This document shows, piece by piece, positions 51,018 through 62,925 of a stretch of DNA of 64,000 nt. The notes under the pieces were generated by a model that saw only the letters and a list, made by a program, of their open reading frames with translations, did not search any database and had not been told where the DNA came from. Numbering within the stretch: the first letter of the stretch is position 1; each line of letters begins with the position of its first letter. The translations under genes were made by a program, and so were the position numbers. This stretch comes from Octopus vulgaris (lineage: Eukaryota), in the NCBI GenBank assembly GCA_951406725.2, contig OX597841.1, positions 12,338,001 to 12,402,000 of the forward strand. The letters are read 5' to 3'.

Positions 51018-51425
51018 AATTATTGTGTACAGTGCTCAGGTGCACCGCAACTCGTCAAAGGTGCATGTACAGTACATAGAATTATGTATAAAAGTCAGGG
51101 AAGTGAACAGTGTATGAGTCATGATATACATGTGTGCATGCGTATGGAGGGGTGGGGATATCAGATTTTGTGTTGGTGAATTTCAGGAAAGATGGAGGAT
51201 TTAAAGGATGCAATGTCTCGGCAACTAACAACTGATGCAGGTAGTTTGTTCCATGCTTCAGCGACTCTGAGTGTGAAGAAATGTTTCCGAAAGTCATGGG
51301 AGCTGTGCTGTTTTCTGACTTTGTAGACATGCTCACATGTGTGTTAGACACACAAAGCCCCAAAAGGTGCTCAAAGTGGTTGTAGGTGTGATGCTTAATA
51401 ATTTTGCAGGTGTTTTACCAAATCA
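51014..51425 (-). mobile_element. CR1/L2-like LINE 3' fragment
   Basis: Inverted homologue of the 3' part of 6090-6730. Confidence 0.8.
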
Positions 51426-51523
51426 GTTTTTTTTGTTTTTCTGTAAATTCGAACAGTATATACCCCCCAATATATGACTGTATACACACCATTATAAACA
51501 CTTCTCTTTCTTTCCTTTTGCAG

Positions 51524-51565
51524 GAATCTAAATCAGTGTTGAATTTATTCACCCGTATCAGATGA
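51524..51565 (+). CDS. FZR1: FZR1 last coding exon (IR tail)
   Basis: ESKSVLNLFTRIR*, the C-terminal Ile-Arg motif of APC/C co-activators; ttttgcag acceptor. Confidence 0.97.
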   Translation, partial: ESKSVLNLFTRIR

Positions 51566-52069
51566 TGTCTGCCCCACCAACGGCCCCTGCAGCTTCACCA
51601 CCACCACCACCACCATCATTCTGTTGATGCTGCTGCTGCTGCTGTTCTCATTGTTTCCGTGGTTACTACAATGTTCAGTTTCCTAGCAACGAACAGTCTG
51701 ACAACTCCTCCCCCTTCTTCTTCCTCCCTCATCCAACTGACTGTTTTATTTATTGTGCAAAGAGGGTGACAGTGGTGCGGGGGGGGGACTGTTGCCATGG
51801 ATACTCTGTCTCTGTCTGTCTGTCTGTCTGCTGCAGCATCTTCATCGTCATTATCATTTGCCTCTTCTCCATCCCACCCCCCCTCTTGTTTCCCCTGACA
51901 AACATCCAGAGATATGTACTTGGGTGTGTGTGTGTGTGTGTGTGTGCATGTATGTGTTTATACACACACACATGTGCACTTACATACACACATACACTAT
52001 TTATAAAAATTTCAGGGGTTTTGGCTTTAGCACTGGGGTGACACCATTGGCTCCCTCACCCACACACTG

Positions 52070-52109
<40 letters not shown>

Positions 52110-52224
52110 GGATCATAAACATACACACACACATTGCTAACACTTTCGTTTATATATATTAACATATATATTTATATACTCGCATGTAATTCTATTATAC
52201 ACACACACACACACACACATGAAT

Positions 52225-52259
<35 letters not shown>

Positions 52260-52645
52260 AATGCACACACACACACACACACACACACAGTCAGTGTCCC
52301 ACAAGTCTCTCAGTATTGATTTTGATAAATTTTTATTTACTGTTTTACTTGTGAGGAATCATTGCCGTGTGTGTGTCTGTGTGTGTAGATATCTATTTAT
52401 ATACACCCACTCGCTCATGCAGAGTGACAAAAAAAAAAAAACAAACAAAAACTGCCACAAAATGCTAAGCCAACATATCACGCCCCTCCCTCCTTCATCC
52501 TCCTCCTCCTCATCATCATCACCATCATCACCTTGATGTCTGTGTGTCCAGCAAAGGTCGGTGCAGTTGTACCCGGGAGAAGGGTCATTTCCCCACTCCC
52601 TCCTCTACTGTACTATATCAAGAAAATGTAAATTAATAATTAATA

Positions 52646-52651
52646 ATTAAA
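52646..52651 (+). terminator. Putative FZR1 polyadenylation signal (ATTAAA); implies a ~1.1-kb 3' UTR
   Basis: ATTAAA followed ~20-30 nt later by T/GT-rich GACTTTCTGTTTTT; repeats resume afterwards. Confidence 0.5.
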
Positions 52652-53696
52652 TACATCAAATGTTGTTAACGACTTTCTGTTTTTCATTGAGTTCTGGTGG
52701 CACCCTCCTGGGGTCCTACAAGATTTGTCATCGTTGTTTAGCCTTGGGTCAGTCCTGATACAGCAGATCTATGATCAAAGATGTTTCAGCCATGACCATT
52801 CCATCTTTTATTCTGGCATAGTGTATCTAGGACTACTTTATCTAATATGTCCTTCCTTTAACCCCAGGTCAGTGCTGATCCAGACAGAGCTATGATTAAA
52901 GGTTTTCCAGCCAAGACCATCCTATAATGTACCTAGGGCTACATTAGCTTATATATCTTTAAGACAGTACAGTATTATCTGAGGGGAATTTGGATGTTAT
53001 TTCTAGCCTATTGAGTGGTCACATTGTTAATAACGGTGTGGGAATGGCATCCTAGAATCCAATTTCCTAAAGTTGTCTGAGTTATGAATTAATGTAATTA
53101 ATGTTGGAAGTTCTTCCTGGGTTTAGAAGGCAAAATGTTTAATGGGCAAATTTATAGGCAAAATGTGAATAAATAGGCAAATTTATAGGCAAAATGTGAA
53201 TAAATAGGCAAATTAATAGGCAAAATGTGAATAAATAATCGTTACATTTGACAGAATAATCCGAATGGTAAACAGTTAAATTAAAGATTTTAAAGAGAAT
53301 TTCTGAGACTCAGACACCTACTTTTCATTGTATGAATGTCACAAGATCCTTAATAGGGACACAGTTAAAGTTAGCTATATACACCTAACCAACATAGGCT
53401 CAGTCTTCAGTAACAATAGCATCAAGAATATCCCATATTGACATTGTAACTAGATTTCCCAATAACTGTCCCTTGAATAAGTACCTGGAAAAAAACTGAT
53501 TTACAAGGCCCCAACCATGAACAGATGGGATTACAAAATCTTGGAATGATGAAATGCCTTCAAGGAAAATAGACACAGGACTTGGCTTCATTTAGAGATA
53601 CGAATAAAAGGCATGCAGTATCTTTGTCCAAAAGAGTATGTGGACGACCCCCCCTCTCTCATAAACTGGAGCACCGTAGTCAAGGTGAGCAAATAT

Positions 53697-54112
53697 AGTT
53701 AATTTTTTTGGCTCAAAAAGTAAAAAGCAAGGCCATGTAGGGGGACATGGAGTTATGTACAGGGTGGTGTTCATATAAAGAGTTCAGGCCACTTGTGGTT
53801 AAGGGAGACTTTGAACAAAGCGGTCGTCAGCATCTTCACCATCTTGTCCGGCAGCTTATTCCATGGATCCGCAACCCGGACGGAGAAAGCCCCTCTCCTT
53901 CGATTGAGATGAAATCGTCGCAGATAGGGCCTTTCGGAATGACCCCGCAGCCGACGCTCTGGAGCAGGAGTGAAGAACAGCTCTTTCGAGAGGTTACACT
54001 TTCCGCTTATGATGTGAGCAAGAATGAGATCTCCACAGCGTCGTCGTTTTTCTAGAGAATAAAGGTCGAGCGTCTTCAGCCTTTCTTCATAAGACAAATT
54101 CTTGAGACCAAA
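53697..54112 (-). mobile_element. CR1-like LINE 3' fragment (second family)
   Basis: ORF 53771-54169; near-identical to 44975-45400. Confidence 0.85.
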
Positions 54113-54517
54113 TATAAGCTGATACAATCTGTGTATCACAGAAATGAAATGTCGCCCCCAACAGTGCATATTTTGAACATTGAGGAAGAAACATTCTCTC
54201 CTTGCTTACAAAAGCAACAGTATACACTTACACCCAGGAAAGTGCACCAACCAACCATGGGACTCGAACCTATATCCCTCAAAGACAACAGCTAAGTGCT
54301 TTACCATTAAGCTAAACTGCCCGCTGACAAATTCACCGCCGAATTTAGACGCTAAATACTTTAGCTTTATGGGGCAATCGTGTGTGTGTAAAAATGTAAA
54401 CAAACAAATACACATAATAATAGATAATTTCTGTAAGTACGTATAATTCGAACTTGATGAGCATATTACAACAAGCCAGCCGACACTATAGATCTCTTCT
54501 GAGATATCTTTATCAAT

Positions 54518-54562
54518 GTACCTGAAGAGACCCACACTGAGGAGTCGAAACATAAGTTGTAC
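54518..54562 (+). ncRNA. Candidate minimal type I hammerhead ribozyme
   Basis: GTAC-CTGAAGA-GAC(loop)GTC-GAAAC-ATAA-GTT-GTAC, then AATAAA at 54565. Confidence 0.5.
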
Positions 54563-54711
54563 CCAATAAAAGTCTTAATACGAAATCCATTTCCTATTAT
54601 TAATACTGTATATATATGTGTGTGAGATGGGCTTCTTACAGTTTCTGTTTAGCAAATCCACTCACAAGACTTTGGTCAATCCGAGACTATAGCAGAAGAC
54701 ACTTGCCCAAG

Positions 54712-54756
<45 letters not shown>

Positions 54757-54764
<8 letters not shown>

Positions 54765-55032
54765 ATCACGTGACCGGCCAGTCCATCAGATGTAGTTACA
54801 CATCGCTGGTCACAATGTTCGCATTGTTTTAGCCTTCGAATGACGCCACCCCGCTGGCTAAGCGAGCAGGCCGACAGAAGAAAGAGTGGTAAAAGAGTAC
54901 AGCAGGGATCACCACTCCCTGCCGGAGCCTCATGGAGCTTTAGGTGTTTTCGCTCAATAAACAATCACAACGTCCGGTCTGGGAATCGAAACCGCGAGTC
55001 CGCTGCCCTAACCACTAGGCCATTGCGCCTCC
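54757..55032 (-). mobile_element. tRNA-derived SINE family D
   Basis: Minus strand GGAGGCGCAATGGCCTAGTGGTTAGG (A box)...GTTTCGATTCCC (B box); tail CACGTGATCACGTGA. Confidence 0.7.
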
Positions 55033-55480
55033 ACACATATATATATACACACACACACACACACATATACATATATATATATATATGCATATATACACAC
55101 AGGGGGAGAGAGAGAGAGAGAGAGATATGTCTCTCCACGTTCCTTTGCAAGTTTTATAGGACATCATTCCCCCATTGCGTTACTTCTACACGTCTTGTCC
55201 AAACGGGACCACATAGCCGTTACACCTTTATTTTCTATGTATATTTATATTTGTACTGACGACCTGTATCGTGTTTGTCTTCATCACTTTCCTTTGCATT
55301 GATTGATTAATCTCAGCAGATATCGAACAATGCTATTGTTTAAGTCGTGAAATTGTAATGACCTTCCAACGATAACTGACGAGGAAAGACCATGTTCATG
55401 TCTTGTTTTCCGTTTGTTCCTTTGTCGGTCCTCTGTTCAATTTTGGTATCTTATGTTATATATATATATATATATATATA

Positions 55481-55712
55481 CCGGAGTAAACACATAAATG
55501 TGAAACAAGGTGGAAAAAAGAGTACTCAACTACCAGTGGTAGAGTAATATGCTTTATTCAAAGCAGCAGAAAATTCAACAAAACCTGTTACTCTGAGTTT
55601 CACGTTCCCGTTCGTCGGACAGTTTTTGCTAGAATAAAATACTGTCCGACGAACGGGAACGTGAAACTCAGAGTAACAGGTTTTGTTGAATTTTCTGCTG
55701 CTTTAAATAAAG
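55481..55712. mobile_element. Penelope-like fold-back element with hammerhead folds on both strands
   Basis: Arms ~55552-55623 and ~55641-55711; hammerhead topology at 55642-55679 (+) and 55585-55622 (-). Confidence 0.65.
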
Positions 55713-55734
55713 TATATATATATATATGTATATT

Positions 55735-56645
55735 GGGCACCTTAGGCAAGTGTCTTCTACTATAGCCTCGGGCAAGCCAAAGCCTTGTGAGTGGATTTGG
55801 TAGACGGAAACTGAAAGAAGCCCGTTGTATATGTGTATACAATGCGCCCTTAAATATGGTTTCTGATTACAAATATCTTGGGTCATACATATCATCATCT
55901 GGAAAAGACTTTCTAACTAGAAAGGGTATGGCCCGGTCAGCCTGTAATGACATGCATAAGATCTGGTCATCAAATCTAAGTAGAGACTTCAAACTTGAAA
56001 TCTTCAAAGCCACAGTCGAACCAATTCTACAATATGGCTCAGAAACCTGGACGTTATCAAAGAAGCTTGAGAGGCGGTTGGATGGAACCTACACTCGCCT
56101 CCTTATGAGAGCTCAAAATCTCTCGTGGAAGCGCCATCCAACCAAAATGCAAATATATGGGAAACTACCACCTGTGTCATCTCTTGTGAAAGGTAGGAGA
56201 GTCCAGTTTGCTGGACATTGTTGTGGAGCTGAAAAAGAGGTAATTTCTACTCTTCTCCTCTGGAAGCCATCTACTCGCAATACCAGAGGGCACACACTCT
56301 CCTACCCTGATGTAATCTCCAGGGATACAGGCATCCAGCAACAGGACCTCCGTAATGCCATGATGGACCGTGAAGTCTGGCGTAGCATGGTAAATTCCAT
56401 TGTCTCGACCACGGTCGAACAATGATGATGATGATGTATTTATCTTTATGTGTGTGTCTGCGTTTGTCCCGCTTCAATCGCTTGACAACCGATGTTAGTG
56501 TGTTTACGTCTCTCTGCAAATTAGCAGTTCGGCGAAAAAGACCGACAGAATAAGTTTTAAGCTTACAAAGAATAAACCCTGGGGGCGATTTGTTCTACTA
56601 AAGTCGGTGCTCCAGCATGGCCGCAGTCAAATGACTGAAACAATT
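55735..56645 (+). mobile_element. SINE family A split by an RTE-like LINE 3' fragment (55840-56436)
   Basis: SINE head half 55735-55830; ORF with YKYLGS..YGSETW..FAGHC and (TGA)n tail; SINE tail half 56445-56645. Confidence 0.85.
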
Positions 56646-56649
56646 AAAA

Positions 56650-56824
56650 AAATATATATATGTATGTATATATATTTATATATATATATGTGTGTATATA
56701 TATATATATGTATGTGTGTGTATATATATATATATATCTATGTATATATATGTATATATATATATGTATATATATATGTATATATATATATATGTATATA
56801 TATATATGTATATATATATATATG

Positions 56825-56856
<32 letters not shown>

Positions 56857-57160
56857 TGTATATATATGTATATATATATATGTATATATATATGTATATA
56901 TATGTATATATATATATGTATTATATATGTATATATATATATGTATGTATGTATATATGTATGTATATATGTATATATGTATGTATATATATATATATAT
57001 ATATGTATGTATATATATATGTATGTATATATATATGTATGTATATATATATATGTATGTATATATATATGTATATATATATATGTATATATATATATGT
57101 ATGTATATATATATGTATATATATATATGTATGTATATATGTGTGTGTATGTATATAACA
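56650..57160. repeat. ~500-bp compound (TA)/(TATG) microsatellite
   Basis: Directly visible; source of many Y/I/M/C ORFs. Confidence 0.95.
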
Positions 57161-57525
57161 AAGATACACACGTAGACATATATACACACTTACAAATACA
57201 TGTGTTTGTGTGTAGATTTACGCTACACACAAACAGGACAACAAAATATTACGAAATAAAGTAAAAAAGTAAAAGAGTTGAGGATGGGGTTGGGGGGGGT
57301 GTCCTAAGATAGAAAGATAGATTTCCCGATGGTTGGGTGGGGAATGGATGGTTGCTAAGACAATGAGGGTGGAGGTGGTAGGATGGAGAATTTGACGGGT
57401 GGTGGGTGGTCTTGGGTGGTCTGTCACAGATCTGCTGTTGTCGTAAGGACTGCTCCCTGAGGCTGATAACAACACTGACATTCCACTGGGTGACCCAGTT
57501 TATACGCATACATATACATGCATAC

Positions 57526-57595
<70 letters not shown>

Positions 57596-58590
57596 ATATA
57601 TGACTTAATCAAGTAAAAGACTAAAAGAATCTGTATATATGGATACATATATATGCATACTGCACACATACACATACATACACACGTACATATATATATA
57701 TATACATACACGTGTACATGCATATCTGTCTACCTATCTATCTATATATCTATCTATATAGATATACATGCAGAGACACACTCGCACACACATATATAAT
57801 GGTTTATGTGTATATAAATATGAATGTATGTGATTTCATGTATATGTTACATATAAACATCCATACATACTTACATACATAAACACGTGCACACACACAC
57901 ACACACACATGTACCCCCCCCCCCCCCCCCATTCTCGCTAATTTGTCAGTTATGCCTTATTAGTAGCAGTGGCGGTAGTGGTGGTGGTGGTGGGCGTGGA
58001 TGTAGTGGTGGTGTTGTTGTGTAACCGGAAGTAGTATCCATATCGACAAATCTTGCATGATTGCACCAATTCCTACACGTCCCCCCCGCCCCGCCCCGCC
58101 CCGGTGCCCCCTCTTTCCCCGCTTCTTCCTCCGCCAAAGGTTTTTATGTGACGGAACCCACTTTAAGGAATGCCAACATCCGGTTCTTATTGACCCACCT
58201 CCATTCCCACCCACCGTCTCCCGCCGCCCACCCACGGGACTGTCTGGGTACCCGCTTCTTTCGGCTGCCACCCACGCTACGCCTGGCCGATATTGGTGTA
58301 TTGATAAATGTAGATATGTGTATAGATGTATACGTGTGTGTGCGTGTATGGATAGATGTATGTATGCATGTATGTGTGCGTATATATATATATGTGTGTG
58401 TGTATGTATGTATGGATAGATATATGCATGTATGTGTGTGTGTGTGTATGTGAATGTATATAAGAAAGTGTGTGTGTCTGTGTAGCTAAAGATATATGCG
58501 TGCATGCATGTTATTGCAAGTGTTAATCTGTTTCGAATTATTATACGCACATACATATATATATATGTATACTTTTGTATGTTTATGCGA

Positions 58591-58669
<79 letters not shown>

Positions 58670-58722
58670 CATACATACATACATATATATATATATATAC
58701 ATACATATATACAGACACATAA

Positions 58723-58773
<51 letters not shown>

Positions 58774-58894
58774 CATACATATATATACATACAAGACAGA
58801 CACATAAATATATATATATTTATATATTTATATATATACATACATATATATATACATATATAAATTATATATATATATATATATATATACATAT

Positions 58895-58940
<46 letters not shown>

Positions 58941-59053
58941 TTCTTTTGAATGAAACAGTTCTAGTCCTGTAGAAGCTCCTTCTATAAAATAAATTAATTT
59001 ACTCTGCTATGTATTGAGTACCTTATTTACTGTGGTTAACCCCGACTCAACCC

Positions 59054-59114
<61 letters not shown>

Positions 59115-59170
59115 TTCTTTGAATGAAACAGTTCTAGTCCTGTAGACTCCTTCTATAAAATAAATTAATT

Positions 59171-59232
<62 letters not shown>

Positions 59233-59289
59233 CATACAGACAGACAGACAGACACATAAATATATATATATTATATGGTGAATATATAG

Positions 59290-59615
59290 TGGAGCACCAT
59301 TTTGGAGAAGTTTTAGTTGAGTGATTCGATCCAGAACTGGTGTTTAAAGCCTGGTACTTCTATCGATCTCTCGGCGAACTTCTAAGTTATTGGGACGTCA
59401 ATGCACGTTGACTGGTTGTTAAGCAGTGTGAGTGCGGGGGAGAAACACACACATAGAGATATATATATGACAGGCTTCTTTCAGTTTCCGTCCACCAAAT
59501 CCACTCACAAGGCATTGGTCGGCCCGAGGCTAGTAGAGGACACTTGCTCAAAGTGTCACGAAATGGGACTGAACCCGGAACCATGGGGTTGGGAGCAAAC
59601 TTCCTATCATACAAC
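59290..59615 (-). mobile_element. SINE family A (old copy)
   Basis: GGCTTCTTTCAGTTTCCGTC..GGGACTGAACCCGGAACC. Confidence 0.75.
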
Positions 59616-60253
59616 CACGAATGAGCAAATCTATGATCAAAGGCGTTCCAAATATGACCATGCCTTCTAATTTTTGTACAATATATAAAGAGCACATGGC
59701 ACTTATGTGTTTTTCTTTTTGTTACCCGACAATGTGTAAATTGAGGGAGATGTGACTTCTATTTCCAGCAAATAAAGAGTACATGATGAAGCGCCCCTCC
59801 GCATTGACTCAGTTTTGAGAGAGAGGGGAGTGTTTAGGGTTCGTTGTGAGTGGTGATTGACAACAGTGGGCGTGTATCAGGGTGGAGCTAGCTTTATGTA
59901 CCTCCTGATGGTGTGGTGAGGGCTTATGATAAGATGGACAGTGGGCGGAGCTAGTTTTGTGTAGATAGTGACAATGGTGGGCGGTTGATAAAGAGGCGCA
60001 GGGGTGGAGCTAACAGGTTGTGCAGGTGTGTTGTCACTGACAGTAGACGTAGGTATGGGCGTGACTGTTGTCTAGCCCCATGTCAGAACTTATACAACGG
60101 ACGTATAAACAAAAGCGCTTCAGATGTGACCACCCCGCCTTTATTCATGTTTATATATTTGGTGTTATATATACAAGATTTCTCTCTGCCAATTTGGTTA
60201 CAATTACACATTCATAAATACGCACACGTACACTCAGCCACATAACATATGCA

Positions 60254-60293
<40 letters not shown>

Positions 60294-60340
60294 GGCGCAC
60301 CTTGAGCAAGTGTCTTCTACTATAGCCTCGGGCCGACCAA

Positions 60341-60377
<37 letters not shown>

Positions 60378-60952
60378 TAGATTGACTGATAGACAACAGA
60401 CAGACTGATAGATATATAGATAAACAGACAGACTGATAGATATATAGATAGACAGACACACGGACGGACAGTCAGACAGATGTGCAACGTTTAACCCCCG
60501 AGTAGTGTCAGTGAGGGGGGGGGTATAATTAACCTCTGGGACAGAAGAATTGCATGTGGGAATGACGTTGTTACTAGGAAGACACGACGGGATGGTCATG
60601 GGTGGAACATTTTTATCATAGGTCTATTGGTTCAGGACTGGTCTGGGGCTAAACAAAAAGAACAACAACGACTGTTTCAGCAATTCTGCCCCAGGGTGAA
60701 ACATTATGGCGAGCGAGTTGGCTGGAAGCGTTCGACTACAGTGAGGCTGTTGTTATGGTAACGAAAGTCGGGGAAGAGTGGGAGGTTACTCGGTGCAAGT
60801 TGAATGGACGAATGGTGGTGGTGGTGGTGGGAGTAGATACAAGGCAGAGAGGGAGAAAGATGGCGGAGGGAGGGGGGACAGGGACACTGATTTCATTGAT
60901 AACTTCTCCACTTTTAATTAATGCGTGTATATATATATATACTAATTAATGC

Positions 60953-61004
<52 letters not shown>

Positions 61005-61544
61005 TATATACATATATACATATATATATATACGAAAGAAAGTTTGAAAATGCAATTTAAAAGATATTTATTTACTTTACCGGTTTCACTCTTTGGAAAA
61101 AGATTGTCAAAAGTAACATGTAAAAGTTTGGTTGCGTTAATTATTGGTTGTTGCAAATTGCTACATTACATATATACATTCTTTGGTAACAGGGACATAT
61201 ATATATATATACGCGCGCGTGCACACACACACACATATATGTATATATACGAATGTACGTATAAATTTGTGTTTGTGTGTATACACATTCATATGTACAC
61301 ATATAAACTTATAATAATATAACTAATATATAAATATATGCATATATACATACATATATGTACATACCTACATATATATGTATATATACATGCATATATG
61401 GGTACAGGATATGAAAAAAACGTTGTACACAATGCGAAACGAAAACAAAAAGACAAAAACATGGAAACGAACTATTTTTTAAACAACAAAGGAACAGAGA
61501 AACGAGACATACAACATAAAGAATATTCCCCTTCTTCAGTTGTC

Positions 61545-62065
61545 CCTGTTTTGTCTACTCTGCGTTTCGAAGGTAAGGACAAGACGCGACTCCGTTGAAA
61601 CAGTCCTTCCCGCAAAGCAAATTAAATGAAATTTGGAATTTTTTGCGGAGGGTGAAAGTGGTCTATCTCTCTCCCTCTCTTGTTCTTCATCCTACCCTTC
61701 CTTATTCTTCTCCTCTCCTCTTCACCGTTCCTTATCTCTCACTTCTCCTCCCCGACTCTCTCGTCGCTGACACGTGACGAAAGAGAATCTATCTTTCTGC
61801 CCACGACCTTCGTAAAGACAACAACGTGCTTATACTGTCTCCTTCATAAGCTCGTCCTCCTAGCGTTCAGAATAATTTTTCTATCGTCTTGACTTAACAA
61901 CCCTTACTGTTTGTTTTTACTGCTTTGTTCTCAATGTCCTGCTCTTGTTACCACTTTCATCCTCCGCAAAAAATTCCAAATTTCATTTAATTTGCTTTGC
62001 GGGAAAGATTGTTTCAACGAAGTCGCGTCTTGTCCTTACCTTCGGAAACGCGGAGTAGACGAAAC
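61545..62065. repeat. Imperfect inverted repeat (~115-bp arms, ~290-bp spacer)
   Basis: 61547-61661 pairs with 61950-62065 (GTCTACTC..GGACAAGACGCGAC..GCAAAGCAAATTAAATGAAATTTGGAATTTTTTGCGGAGG..AAAGTGGT). Confidence 0.8.
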
Positions 62066-62073
62066 ATATCCCG

Positions 62074-62482
<409 letters not shown>

Positions 62483-62529
62483 TATTTATAATAGGTCCAG
62501 GCAGGGACCGTTCAAGAACTGGCCAGTCA

Positions 62530-62925
62530 TTGTTTCAGTTATTTGACTGCGGCCATGCTGGAGCATCGCCTTTAGTCGAACAAGTCGGTCCCAGGACTTA
62601 CTCCTCCTAGGCCTAGTACTTATTCTATTGTACTCTTTTGTCGAACCGCTAAGTTACGGGGAGGTAAACACAATACCAACATCCATTGTGAAGCGATAGT
62701 GGGGAGACAAATACATACACACTCACACACACACACTCACACACACTCACACACACTCATACACACTCACACACACATACACACATATATGATGGGCTTC
62801 TTTCAGTTCCCGTCTACCAAATTCACTCACAAGGCTTTGGTAGAAGACACTTATTCAAGGTGCCACGCAGTGGGACTGAACCCGGAACCATATGGTTGGG
62901 AAGCAAGCTTCTTACCACACAGCTA
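62530..62925 (-). mobile_element. SINE family A
   Basis: TTTGACTGCGGCCATGCTGGAGC..GTGCCACGCAGTGGGACTGAACCC. Confidence 0.85.

Noticed and set aside
40187-51565. CDC20/fizzy instead of FZR1
   Set aside because: The N-terminal MDxxYExRLL, [23 protein letters not shown] and LNLFTRIR match Cdh1/FZR1 rather than CDC20.
53330-53690. Possible exon of a downstream gene
   Set aside because: Stops in the candidate frames, no recognisable motif, and no convincing splice pair; may be an old LINE remnant.
54240-54335. tRNA gene on the minus strand (and tRNA-like heads elsewhere)
   Set aside because: A/B-box-like motifs are present but there is no intact cloverleaf or acceptor stem; these are SINE heads.
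56607-58898. Long Y/I/C/M-rich ORFs up to 310 aa
   Set aside because: Stop-free dinucleotide microsatellite translations, like most ORFs in the track.
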